A stretch of 32,841 bases of DNA from Bacteriovoracaceae bacterium (lineage in GTDB: Bacteria > Bdellovibrionota > Bacteriovoracia > Bacteriovoracales > Bacteriovoracaceae): positions 1-32,841 of the forward strand of contig JBMYPC010000016.1 in NCBI GenBank assembly GCA_049599895.1, read 5' to 3'. Shown piece after piece: positions 1-9,049 of this stretch. The notes beneath the pieces are model-generated. The model saw only the letters and a program-made list of their open reading frames with translations. It did no database searches and was not told the DNA's origin. The stretch's first letter is position 1. The number at the start of each line of letters is the position of its first letter. The position numbers and the translations under genes are program-made.

Positions 1-406
1 ACATGAAGCGGCTATCTGCAGCTCTCTGTGTGAGAAGTACTACGACCTTAAGCTTTTGGCACAAAACATTCAAAACGTAAAAGATAACTTCACAAGGTTT
101 TTCTCATTTGGCCTAAAGGAAAATAACCCCGAAATTGAAGCCAAAGACCATACCACTCTTGCCTTTATGACAAAGCACCATCCAGGGGCCCTTGTAAACT
201 GTCTCACAGAATTTTCAAAGAACTTCATCAATCTTACTAAAATTGAGTCTCGCCCAATTCCTCACAACCCTTTTGAGTACATCTTCTATGTGGACTTTAG
301 AGGGTCTATTGATATGCCCGAGACTCAAGTCGTTTTAAAAGAACTTGAAAAAGACACTAAAGAAATTAAGATTATTGGATCTTACAAAAGAATAAGAAAA
401 GGTTAA
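1..406 (+). CDS. pheA: Prephenate dehydratase (PDT-ACT), 5'-truncated by window edge
   Basis: Frame is open from position 2 (HEAAICSSLCEKYYDLKLLAQNIQNVKDNFTRF). PDT motif N-x-TRF and ACT motifs PGAL, INLTKIESRP, YIFYVDF, IGSY are present. Confidence 0.9.
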   Translation, partial: HEAAICSSLCEKYYDLKLLAQNIQNVKDNFTRFFSFGLKENNPEIEAKDHTTLAFMTKHHPGALVNCLTEFSKNFINLTKIESRPIPHNPFEYIFYVDFRGSIDMPETQVVLKELEKDTKEIKIIGSYKRIRKG

Positions 407-412
407 ATACGA

Positions 413-1396
413 TTAAGCGGAATGCTTTAACTTTTCTCTTTCAGCACAATAATCAGAAAACTCTGTCACAATCACCTGCGGATCGAGAATGACGATCTGC
501 TCTTTATTTTGATAGAGCCAATCATAAAGATGTTTCGATCTTTCTACTGAACCGGCCCAAATAACCTCTCCCTCTTGATTAGAGGTAATAAAAGGTCTTC
601 CAAAATGTTGAAAACTTGGGGTTAAATCAAGTTTTGATTGATGAAGTAGTTTGAGAACCAACCTTTCTTCTGTCCCCATCACTCTTCTCATGGCGACAAT
701 AAAATCTTCTATTTCAACCTTGGTGAAATTTACTTCATATGCACCTGTAATATTTGGCTTTATTTCGACGATCTCGCTCATTTGAAAATAAACAAGACAC
801 TTCTCGAGACAGTCTTCTGCAACAAGGGAAAGTTCACCTTCAATCACAACAACTCTTAAAGGATAGATTTCTAAAATTCGATTGTCTTCTAAACGAGCAT
901 AGAGAGCAATTGAGTTCTCAATAGCGTCCTCGAGTTTTGAGATCAACTCTGCAGAACTTGTTCCATTAATTCTTAAAAACATATTCTGTTTTTGCTTCTC
1001 TCTTTCAATGACTGAATAGAGATTATGTTTATTGGTTTCCCCTAAAACAGTTTGAATTTTTTGATCTAGGGTTTGAAAATAATTTGTTCTTTTAGTTTCA
1101 TCGCTTGCTGACATCATCGTTGATTGCAGTGCCATCCATTCATTGAAACTCATATCAACTTTTACTCTTGCATTGTAATCAATAACCCGAAGAAAGCTTC
1201 TTCCCAAAATGTCCTTTTCGATGGAAATCGGAAAATCGCACTTATGACAGAAGGACACAATTCGGATGAGCTGGTCTTCATTAAGTCCAAGCTGAAGCTT
1301 CACTTCCTCTAAGGATACCTGTTTGATCTGATACCTTTGGAGAAAATCTAAGAATTGCCAAAAATATCTCTGCTCTAACAATGAATTATCAAGCAT
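413..1396 (-). CDS. WYL-domain transcriptional regulator (HTH-WYL-WCX architecture), divergent
   Basis: N-terminal HTH-like segment (VSLEEVKLQLGLNEDQLIRIV), WYL-like core (LEDAIE...EIYPLRVVVIEGELSLVAEDC...F) and WCX-like tail (LYDWLYQNKEQIVILDP); 327 aa is typical of the family. Confidence 0.7.
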   Translation of the reverse strand: MLDNSLLEQRYFWQFLDFLQRYQIKQVSLEEVKLQLGLNEDQLIRIVSFCHKCDFPISIEKDILGRSFLRVIDYNARVKVDMSFNEWMALQSTMMSASDETKRTNYFQTLDQKIQTVLGETNKHNLYSVIEREKQKQNMFLRINGTSSAELISKLEDAIENSIALYARLEDNRILEIYPLRVVVIEGELSLVAEDCLEKCLVYFQMSEIVEIKPNITGAYEVNFTKVEIEDFIVAMRRVMGTEERLVLKLLHQSKLDLTPSFQHFGRPFITSNQEGEVIWAGSVERSKHLYDWLYQNKEQIVILDPQVIVTEFSDYCAEREKLKHSA

Positions 1397-1529
1397 TTAC
1401 GAACCTCTAACTCTGTTCAATTAGCTTTATGCCAGTGCAAACTAGTCGGGTATATAGGGGGCAAACTTTAGTGATTTTTGGCCAGGAACATGAAATAATA
1501 ATCTAACAGCTTGAAATTACTCATCGAAA

Positions 1530-2030
1530 ATGAAGGATTCTATGCTCTATAAATCTCTACTTAAAAATCCCATACTGATGATTGGTATTCTTTTTATGTC
1601 GATCTTTCTCATGACTCATGGAAAGAAGTTTATGCAAGAATATAAAACCAATCTCACTCCCACTTCTTGCCGAGCACTAATGGTCAAACTCGAGCGCCGT
1701 CTTCCGGCCCACTGGAAAGCTCATTGTGAGGAAAACAACCTTGCTGTGGAATACTCACTCGAAATTCCTAAAAAAATTCAAAAACAAAATGAAATCAGAC
1801 AATTTGCCTACCGTGAACTTGCCAACAGTCTAAGTTTTATTGCTAAAAATTCTCCAGAGGATAATATGCAAAAAACCGATGTTGTCAGAGTCAGAATGAA
1901 ACTTGAAAAACTCACAATCAACGCAGTCACCGAGGGACGCTTTCTCTCAAAACTCTACTCACTCACCGACCCTAAGTTGATTACGAAACACATCCAAGCA
2001 ACTGTCCAAGTCCAAGAAGTTCCCAACTAA
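1530..2030 (+). CDS. Hypothetical membrane-anchored exported protein
   Basis: 166-aa ORF with one N-terminal hydrophobic helix and two Cys; divergent from the WYL gene. Confidence 0.7.
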   Translation: MKDSMLYKSLLKNPILMIGILFMSIFLMTHGKKFMQEYKTNLTPTSCRALMVKLERRLPAHWKAHCEENNLAVEYSLEIPKKIQKQNEIRQFAYRELANSLSFIAKNSPEDNMQKTDVVRVRMKLEKLTINAVTEGRFLSKLYSLTDPKLITKHIQATVQVQEVPN

Positions 2031-2882
2031 ATTTTGAATATTTTTGGGATCGGCCTCAATGACATCTTTTTGAAGCTCATATCTCCAAGCATGAAGTTGA
2101 AGTATCTCATCTTGATCAAAAGCTCCATAAAGAGAGTCCCCAACTATAGGATGGCCTAAAGCCTTCATATAGGCCCTAATTTGATGTCGAATTCCAGTAT
2201 CAAGTTCTATACAAACAAGACTTATGTCTTGATCAGGAAGATAAAAAGATTGAATAATTTTAAGGCAACCTTCACGCCCCCCCTCAGAAACGACAATTGT
2301 TTGTGAAGCCTTTTCTCCTTTGTGAGAGAAAAGAGCTTTGACAACTCCACGCTTTTTAATCTCTCCTTGAACAAGACAGAGATAAACCTTCTTTTTTAAT
2401 ACTTTAAAAAGTGTCTCTTTTTTCTTTTCGACTTTCTTTTTTGAATAAAGAACTAATCCTGAAGTCTCCCCATCGAGACGATTTAAAAGTCCACGATCGA
2501 GGTGTTGCTGATGATTTATCAAAAGGCTTCCTCTACCAATAGACCTCAGGTAGGAAAGAAGGTTTTCTTTATCACTATATCCTCTGGCCTCACACTGGAC
2601 TCCTGAAGGTTTGTTCAAAATAAGAAAGTCTTCATTTTCAAAGATAATCTTGGGGAGAGGCCCTATAAACTCAGGATTGATTCTTCCAAAGTTTAAAACA
2701 TCAAAGAGAACTTCTTTTTCTTGGAATGCTTCCACCGAAATAGTTCTTTGTTTTTTTGAGAGATTCTTTTTAAGAGATTGCTTAGAGAAACCAAGCCTCA
2801 TTAATGCCTCATCAAGAGAGCTATAACTTTGTGTAAAACAAAGAAAGGTTTTTTTATCTTGATTGGACTTTGAAGCCATCAC
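1959..2882 (-). CDS. RluA-family RNA pseudouridine synthase
   Basis: Motifs LNKPSG, NRLDGETSGL (catalytic Asp), TGIRHQIR, GHPIVGDSLYG, LHAW. Confidence 0.9.
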   Translation of the reverse strand: MMASKSNQDKKTFLCFTQSYSSLDEALMRLGFSKQSLKKNLSKKQRTISVEAFQEKEVLFDVLNFGRINPEFIGPLPKIIFENEDFLILNKPSGVQCEARGYSDKENLLSYLRSIGRGSLLINHQQHLDRGLLNRLDGETSGLVLYSKKKVEKKKETLFKVLKKKVYLCLVQGEIKKRGVVKALFSHKGEKASQTIVVSEGGREGCLKIIQSFYLPDQDISLVCIELDTGIRHQIRAYMKALGHPIVGDSLYGAFDQDEILQLHAWRYELQKDVIEADPKNIQNLVGNFLDLDSCLDVFRNQLRVGE

Positions 2883-3684
2883 TCATGAGATCAGTTTTTC
2901 TAAGAAGAAACTCAACTCTTCTTGAAGCTTTTTGATTATCGGCTTCTGACTGACCGGGTATTTTGATAGGTCTTGTGTCTCCATAAAAGACAGTGGTAAT
3001 CCTCTCTGGATTCACTCCTCTTTTGATCAGTGCTCGAGTCACGCCTGTCGCCCTTAAACTAGAAAGTTCATAAGGCCCAAGACTTCCATCTTTTGATTGC
3101 TCATTAACTGAAGCATGACCTTGCACAAAGACTTTCCACTCTTTCGCTCTCATCATTTGCACAATTCTTTCAAAAACAGGAATCGCCACATCACTTTTTC
3201 CAATGGACCCCTCTTCAAAAATAATCTTATCTTTAATTGTGACCTTTACCCCTTCAGGAAGTTCTTCAATTTCAGCATTATCACTTAACTGAAATTGACT
3301 CAGATCATTTTTCATCTCTTTTAAATCTTCATCTGAAGCCCGATTAATTTCATGTTTATCAAGAAGACCTTCTGTGGTTAAAAACTCAATGGGAAATGGT
3401 TTGATTGGCTCAGAACTATCGAGCATTGTCGGACTATCATCAGGAGACTTCCCTCTTTGAATAACTTTTCCATGCTTTAAAACATTTCCACCAAAAGCAT
3501 TTCGAATCGAGCCTAGTGCTGCTTCATATTTAGCAGATTCCGTTTTCGCAAACGAAAGAAGAAGAACGAAAAATGTCAGAAGCAGTGTCACAAGGTCAGA
3601 AAAAGTCCCCATCCAGCCCGGAAGGCCAGGAACACATTCCTCACATTTGGGACATTCGGGTTCTGCTGGTGTTTCGTCGGCCAC
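2854..3684 (-). CDS. motB: Flagellar stator B subunit (MotB/PomB) with OmpA-like peptidoglycan-binding domain
   Basis: TM segment WMGTFSDLVTLLLTFFVLL with the essential Asp; OmpA-like motifs VQGH, ELSSLRA, YGDTRP, RRVEF; directly downstream of motA. Confidence 0.93.
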   Translation of the reverse strand: MADETPAEPECPKCEECVPGLPGWMGTFSDLVTLLLTFFVLLLSFAKTESAKYEAALGSIRNAFGGNVLKHGKVIQRGKSPDDSPTMLDSSEPIKPFPIEFLTTEGLLDKHEINRASDEDLKEMKNDLSQFQLSDNAEIEELPEGVKVTIKDKIIFEEGSIGKSDVAIPVFERIVQMMRAKEWKVFVQGHASVNEQSKDGSLGPYELSSLRATGVTRALIKRGVNPERITTVFYGDTRPIKIPGQSEADNQKASRRVEFLLRKTDLMSDGFKVQSR

Positions 3685-3699
3685 GCTCTTTTCCCTTTA

Positions 3700-4470
3700 T
3701 TATTCGTCCCCACCTTCATCAGCAGCTGGTCTCTCTGCTGGTGGTAGAAAAGATCCTAGTTTTTCTTTAATAAGTCTTGGGTTCTCACCGGCGACAATTC
3801 CAAGAGTCCCCGCAATGATAATGGACATTTTAGTCACTTCCATTTTTGAGCGAGTTTCAAGTTTTGTTTTAAAAGGATTGGCAACAATGTTTGCGATACA
3901 TGCACCATAGAATGTTGTTAAAAGGGCAACGGCCATGGCGGGACCAATGGCAGCCTGATCCGTTAGGTTCCCAAGCATGATAACCAGACCAATCAGGGTC
4001 CCGATCATCCCAAAAGCTGGACCATCGTTAGCAATTTCACCAAAAAGAGTACTTCCTACCTTATGTCTTTCAACAAGAGCATCAATTTCAAGTTGAAGGA
4101 TAGAACTAATCACCTCTGGTGGTCGGTTGTCCGCTGCGAGTGTCATCGCTTTTTTAAGAAACGGGTCATCAATAGGTACTTTTTCAAGGGCAAATACCGA
4201 CTCTCTTCTTGCTGTTTCAGCAAGGTTTCCAATCTCTTCAATTGTGGCCTTGGGATCAGCTGGAGAAAAGAACAAGGCCTTCATCGCAATCCCCACAACC
4301 TTTTTAACAACCTCTAAAGGCCATTTAATAAAGGTTGCTCCAATCACCCCAAGCCCAACAACAATGAGTGATGGAACGTCGATAAATGCAGCGAAGTCAC
4401 CACCTGCAAAGATTGAACCTACAACCGCTCCAACACAGAGGACGAGGCCAATGACCGTAGCGATATCCAT
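3700..4470 (-). CDS. motA: Flagellar stator A subunit (MotA/PomA)
   Basis: MDIATVIGL start, FIDVPS, PAFGMIGTLIGLV, IGPAMAVALLTTFYG and GENPR motifs. Confidence 0.95.
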   Translation of the reverse strand: MDIATVIGLVLCVGAVVGSIFAGGDFAAFIDVPSLIVVGLGVIGATFIKWPLEVVKKVVGIAMKALFFSPADPKATIEEIGNLAETARRESVFALEKVPIDDPFLKKAMTLAADNRPPEVISSILQLEIDALVERHKVGSTLFGEIANDGPAFGMIGTLIGLVIMLGNLTDQAAIGPAMAVALLTTFYGACIANIVANPFKTKLETRSKMEVTKMSIIIAGTLGIVAGENPRLIKEKLGSFLPPAERPAADEGGDE

Positions 4471-4533
4471 AATTCCCCCAAATAGACCTCAAAAGAGATC
4501 ACAAATTATCAATTTATAGAGATATCGTATTGT

Positions 4534-4560
4534 TTTTCGGTACCCTAGAAAGTGAATTTA
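4534..4560 (-). promoter_or_regulatory. Candidate sigma28 (FliA) promoter for motAB
   Basis: Minus strand reads TAAA-N15-ACCGAAAA against consensus TAAA-N15-GCCGATAA, about 60 bp upstream of motA. Confidence 0.5.
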
Positions 4561-4599
4561 GGTAGATAGAACGAAAAGGAAAAATTTGCCTAAAAAACC

Positions 4600-5850
4600 T
4601 TATTCAAAGACAGGAAAGTCTACTCCATCCTGAAGCAGAATTACAGAAGCATCAGCTCCTCTAAAAAAAACAATATCAAGAAGAGAGCTGTTTTTATCTT
4701 TCTTGAGAGCATAGAGAGACTCTTTTGAAGCCCGAGAGCAACTCTTGGGTGTCGTTAAAAAACGAAGCACATCAGAATCAGGCTTTGCCATCCCTTTAAA
4801 CTGATGAGAACTGTACTTAAGCTTAGTCCCCTGCACACACTCTTTAAGAATCCCGATATTATGAGAAAGTTTGTTTTTTTTAAACATCGAAAGCGCCATT
4901 ACTTTTTCAAACTCGGAATTAAATGTCTGAAGAAGCCTCTCTCCTTTTTTCTGGCGGGCCTTAATCTCTTGAAAGAAAAAGTTCACTTTATTTCGCTCTA
5001 GTACAGCACGGTAATAGTCTTTAAGTGAATCGCATTCTTTTTTGATGATCTTATTTCGACAAAGCATCAGGCGATGAGTTTCATATTGAAGATTAAATTT
5101 TTGTAGAGGATTCAATCTTTTATACTTTTCCTGATCGTAAGTCTTAAGAATAATTCTCTCGATACCATTGATTTGCTTTTCACTTACGATATCGATGTTT
5201 CGAAGCAGTTGCCTTATGTTTCGATAATATTCGTCTTTCACAGCAGCTTTCATTTCATTGACGATTTGAATATCAGACTTTTCTTTTGGCTTAAGTCGAG
5301 AAAGGTTTATAACACTTGGATCCGCACCGTTTTTTAGCAATAGTCTTATGAGCTTGTGATCAATTGGCTTTTTGCTTAAAGCAAGTGACAGAGGATAAAA
5401 GCCTTCTTTAGTTGGTGTATTTAAAGGAAACCTTCTTTTAAGAAAAAACTTAACAAGATTTGTATTACCGACAAGGATAGCTGAGGCGATGGGCATCGAA
5501 GATTTCTTAGGCAGAAGATAGTAAGGAGTAAAAACATCAAGAACAAATTGTTCCTCATTGTTGAGAGCCGCGTATGACAGGCAATCAAGGCCTTTATTGT
5601 CTTCGTAATAAGCATCAGCGCCGAGGGCAAGAAGCTCATCAAAGGCCTTTTTATCTCCCAAGGCACACGCATAAAGAAGTGGTGTCTGTTCAATCTTTTC
5701 TGACTTAACATCAACACCTTTATGATCAAGGCTTAATTGGTAAAGTCTTTCATACTCAGCGTTATCAATGGCACTGCCAAATTTTTTGAACACTTCATTT
5801 GAAGCCATTACATCTGTCATTGTCAGGATGAGAAAAAAGATTATTTTCAT
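4600..5850 (-). CDS. Secreted ankyrin-repeat protein with unknown C-terminal domain
   Basis: Signal-peptide-like N-terminus; about 4 ankyrin repeats (TPLLYACALG, CLSYAALNN, PIASAILVGN, YPLSLAL...LLKNGADP). Confidence 0.8.
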   Translation of the reverse strand: MKIIFFLILTMTDVMASNEVFKKFGSAIDNAEYERLYQLSLDHKGVDVKSEKIEQTPLLYACALGDKKAFDELLALGADAYYEDNKGLDCLSYAALNNEEQFVLDVFTPYYLLPKKSSMPIASAILVGNTNLVKFFLKRRFPLNTPTKEGFYPLSLALSKKPIDHKLIRLLLKNGADPSVINLSRLKPKEKSDIQIVNEMKAAVKDEYYRNIRQLLRNIDIVSEKQINGIERIILKTYDQEKYKRLNPLQKFNLQYETHRLMLCRNKIIKKECDSLKDYYRAVLERNKVNFFFQEIKARQKKGERLLQTFNSEFEKVMALSMFKKNKLSHNIGILKECVQGTKLKYSSHQFKGMAKPDSDVLRFLTTPKSCSRASKESLYALKKDKNSSLLDIVFFRGADASVILLQDGVDFPVFE

Positions 5851-5917
5851 GGAGTTATTGTAGCGAGAAAGTGCTATTGAATCGAGAGAAAAGACGAGAA
5901 AGTTTATGAGTACTTCC

Positions 5918-5963
5918 CCATGGGAATAGGGTCTGTCCGTAGACCCATTTTGTATCCCATGAG
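5918..5963. repeat. Nested intergenic inverted repeat (stem-loop)
   Basis: CATGGGA...GGGTCT-gtccgt-AGACCC...TCCCATG; no clear U-tract. Confidence 0.5.
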
Positions 5964-5986
5964 GTCAATTTCATCCGTGAAAACGA

Positions 5987-6265
5987 CTACTCTTCCTTCA
6001 TGGTCTTATCTAAATAATTAAGCATTACCTTTCTAAGATTTCCTAGAGTCACATAATCTGACTCAAGAAGAAGTTCTTTTTTAATATAATCAACAGGAAA
6101 TCCTGTAATGTCTGAAATTGTATCTAAAGAAACATTTGATTCTTCAGAATGATTTTCAATGTTATGGGCATCAGAACGAGTTTCAATTACCGATTGTCGA
6201 TTTGAATTGTCCTGATGTGAGCTTTGCGTCCATGTAGAGGTGGTCCCCTCTCCTGCTACACTCAT
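5987..6265 (-). CDS. Hypothetical small protein (about 92 aa)
   Basis: ATG at 6265 is preceded by an AAGGAG SD and preferred over GTG at 6292; disordered N-terminal half and a helical C-terminal segment (ISDITGFPVDYIKKELL). Confidence 0.7.
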   Translation of the reverse strand: MSVAGEGTTSTWTQSSHQDNSNRQSVIETRSDAHNIENHSEESNVSLDTISDITGFPVDYIKKELLLESDYVTLGNLRKVMLNYLDKTMKEE

Positions 6266-6358
6266 ATAACACTCCTTTGCGTGCCTACTCACCGCGACAC
6301 TTAATCCCTAAGTGTTTAAAATCTGCGATGATATACCTCTGTCCTGTGGTCTTGTAAA

Positions 6359-6388
6359 ATCTTATCTGGCCATACTGTTCAATGTCAA
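6359..6388 (-). promoter_or_regulatory. Candidate sigma70 promoter for the small hypothetical gene
   Basis: TTGACA-N18-TAAGAT on the minus strand. Confidence 0.45.
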
Positions 6389-6439
6389 ACCGCAGAAAGG
6401 GCCTGACTTAAGATGTAAGTTTTTATTAGGTGCTTAGCC

Positions 6440-7636
6440 CTAATCTTGAGTCTTTTTATAACCTGAATCTAATAAAGCACTGAAACTTCTAACTTTTCGG
6501 AGCATCTCTTCAAACTCTGACTGGGACTGGCTTTGTAAGGTTATTCCTCCTCCTGCACCATAAAAGAGGTTTCCTTTTTTGAGCTCAACTTCAGAACTTC
6601 TAATATTGATTGAGCCACAAGCATAGTTTCCATGACTGATTATTGTTGATCCACAATAAAACCCACGGGAATAACCTTCAATTTGATGGATCATTTCACT
6701 CACTCTCTCTTTCGGAGCTCCAGTGATACTTCCTCCTGGAAACAACCGCTTCACCACATCCCAGAGATCATGATTAAGCTTAAGCTGTTTTTGGACAATA
6801 GAGAACTGATGTAAAATTCCAGGAACTCTCAAGGGTACCGAACGAGAAATCACTTCTGAAAAATCCCCTCCGATTGAACTTAAGTCATTTCTCATGAGGT
6901 CTGTAATCATATCAAGCTCGGCTTGATTCTTAGGGCAATTTACTAATTCATGCCAGACCTTCTGAAAATTGTCCTTTGAAGAGAACTTCGCAGTCCCCTT
7001 GATGGGAAAAGTTTTAATCATGCGACTTTCATTTCGACCTTCAATTCGAAACAAGCATTCGGGAGAATTGGAAAGATAAAGCTTATCTTTTGATGGAATA
7101 AAAGTTGCGTTAGCATAAGCCCCAATATTTTCTTTTTGTTGCCATAGTTTAGAGACAAGAGAAAAAGCTTCAAGATCTTTACCAGTGGTTTTATTTCTAA
7201 GACCAAATTCAAAGGGTCTCGTAAGATTAATCTGATAACAATTTCCCTTTAAGAGATTGTCATAGACCTTTTGAAAAAGCTCTTCGTATTGAGAAAATTG
7301 AGGGGAAGCCAATTCAGTTAATTCAAAATCGTCCCCATCACCGAGGTTTTTTATTGCTTCAAAGTCTTGATATTCAATTTTAAGAACATAATTTCGCTCA
7401 TCTTCAAATAGCTTTTTATCGTGATGTAAGAGTTCATTTAAGTAATCATAAAAAACAATAAAAACTTGATACGTTTTTGAACTTAGACTTTGAAACTCTG
7501 ATTTTAAATCTCCTTCTTGGCGAGAAGATATAGTTGAAGAAAGAAGGTCTTCAACATGTCGAGATGTATACAACTTCGCATTCAGAGGATTTTTAAACTT
7601 AAGAAACTTTTCTTTATAGGGAATGATCGTCCACAT
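6440..7636 (-). CDS. pabB: Chorismate-binding enzyme, aminodeoxychorismate synthase component I / anthranilate synthase I family
   Basis: GNCYQINL, SPECLF, PIKGT, KNQAELDMITDLMRNDL, FPGGSITGAPK, SRGFYCG, INIRS, GAGGGIT motifs. Confidence 0.8.
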   Translation of the reverse strand: MWTIIPYKEKFLKFKNPLNAKLYTSRHVEDLLSSTISSRQEGDLKSEFQSLSSKTYQVFIVFYDYLNELLHHDKKLFEDERNYVLKIEYQDFEAIKNLGDGDDFELTELASPQFSQYEELFQKVYDNLLKGNCYQINLTRPFEFGLRNKTTGKDLEAFSLVSKLWQQKENIGAYANATFIPSKDKLYLSNSPECLFRIEGRNESRMIKTFPIKGTAKFSSKDNFQKVWHELVNCPKNQAELDMITDLMRNDLSSIGGDFSEVISRSVPLRVPGILHQFSIVQKQLKLNHDLWDVVKRLFPGGSITGAPKERVSEMIHQIEGYSRGFYCGSTIISHGNYACGSINIRSSEVELKKGNLFYGAGGGITLQSQSQSEFEEMLRKVRSFSALLDSGYKKTQD

Positions 7637-7644
7637 AAATGAGA

Positions 7645-9006
7645 CTATTGATTTGAGGGAGCATCCTCTCTTTGAGAAAGAGGCTCAAAACTTGTGTAGG
7701 CACCAATGAATGCAAGTTTCACTGTCCCTGTTGAACCAGCACGGTTTTTCCCAAGGATCACTTCAGCAACACCAGGCTCTTTAGTGTCTTGGTTATAATA
7801 TTCATCTCGGTAAATAAACATCACAATATCCGCATCCTGCTCAATGGCACCAGATTCACGAAGATCGGATGTATTAGGACGTTTATTCGGTCTTGATTCA
7901 ACCCCACGGTTAAGCTGAGATAAGGCAATGACAGGACATTCAAGTTCTTTGGCCATAGACTTTAAGCTTCTTGAAATTTCTGCAATCTGCTGCTCTCTTG
8001 AAGGGTTTCCGGTATGAGATTTCATGAGCTGAAGGTAGTCGATGATAATCATACCAAGACCTTCTTCAGCTTTAATTTTTCGACATTGGCTGAGGATATC
8101 AAGAACAGTCGTACCACCATTATCATTAATATAAATTGGAAAATTGGAAAGCTTTTGCACAGCTGTTCCAATATTTCGAAGATCAGTATCGTTGAAATCT
8201 TTCATTCGAACTTTTGCCGCTGGAACTTTGGCTGTTGAGGTTAAAATCCTCATGGAAAGTTCTTCGGCCATCATCTCTAGAGAAAAGATCGCAATTGGAA
8301 GACCAGTGGTCTCAACTGCATTAACTCCAAAGTTTAGAGCAAGAGCTGTTTTCCCCATCGCGGGACGAGCAGCAAGAACAATAAGTTGACCAGGTTGAAG
8401 ACCAAGAAGAATCTTATCAAGGTCAGTATAGTTAGTGGGAATTCCAGCAATCTCACCAGGTTTTCGAGAAGTGTCCTCAAGCTTTTTAAGGTTTGCTCTA
8501 AGAGTTGAGTTAAGCTTGATCATCCCCCCACTTTTGGCTTCGTTAGTGAGTTTAAAAAATGAAGCTTCAACTTCTTGAATAAAGTCTTCTGTTTTTCCAG
8601 AAAAAGTTTTCCCAAGGTCTGCAACTCTTTGAGCTGTCTTTACGATATCCCTTAGACTTGATTTTTCTTTAACAATTTTTGCGTAATCATAGATATGAGC
8701 GGCTGAAGCCTGCTCTTCGACGATTTCGATGATAAATGATTGTCCGCCTAAGGATTCAAGCTGGCCTCTTTCAGAAAGCTTTGAACAAAGAGTGACGTAA
8801 TCAATAGGCTTATTGGCAAGCACGAGATCTTGAATCGCATCAAAAATCTTTCCATAGGCAGGATGATAAAAATCTTCCGCCACTAACTTAAGATCAGCGA
8901 TTTCATCAAAAGCAGAATTATCGATAATGAGGCAACCTAAAAGCGACTTCTCGGCCAAAAGATCGTGCGGTAGCTCTCTAGGCCCTGATTGAGTCGGTTG
9001 GTTCAT
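7645..9006 (-). CDS. dnaB: Replicative DNA helicase DnaB
   Basis: AARPAMGKT, FSLEM, IDYLQLM, LSQLNR and DLRESGAIEQDAD motifs; no intein visible. Confidence 0.98.
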   Translation of the reverse strand: MNQPTQSGPRELPHDLLAEKSLLGCLIIDNSAFDEIADLKLVAEDFYHPAYGKIFDAIQDLVLANKPIDYVTLCSKLSERGQLESLGGQSFIIEIVEEQASAAHIYDYAKIVKEKSSLRDIVKTAQRVADLGKTFSGKTEDFIQEVEASFFKLTNEAKSGGMIKLNSTLRANLKKLEDTSRKPGEIAGIPTNYTDLDKILLGLQPGQLIVLAARPAMGKTALALNFGVNAVETTGLPIAIFSLEMMAEELSMRILTSTAKVPAAKVRMKDFNDTDLRNIGTAVQKLSNFPIYINDNGGTTVLDILSQCRKIKAEEGLGMIIIDYLQLMKSHTGNPSREQQIAEISRSLKSMAKELECPVIALSQLNRGVESRPNKRPNTSDLRESGAIEQDADIVMFIYRDEYYNQDTKEPGVAEVILGKNRAGSTGTVKLAFIGAYTSFEPLSQREDAPSNQ

Positions 9007-9049
9007 TTGCCCTCTAGATGCATAAAGATGAATTTCAAGATGAGATTAA

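Noticed and set aside
1503..1520. TAANNNYTTRAAAT-like motif (also near 6308 and 27393) as a dif/Xer site
   Set aside because: Too degenerate in AT-rich DNA, and no complete 28-bp XerC/XerD site is present.
4127..4519. 130-aa plus-strand ORF and the many other short antisense or alternate-frame ORFs (e.g. 8144-8389, 9092-9415, 11008-11421, 25999-26337)
   Set aside because: These are shadows of well-supported genes and show no recognisable motifs.
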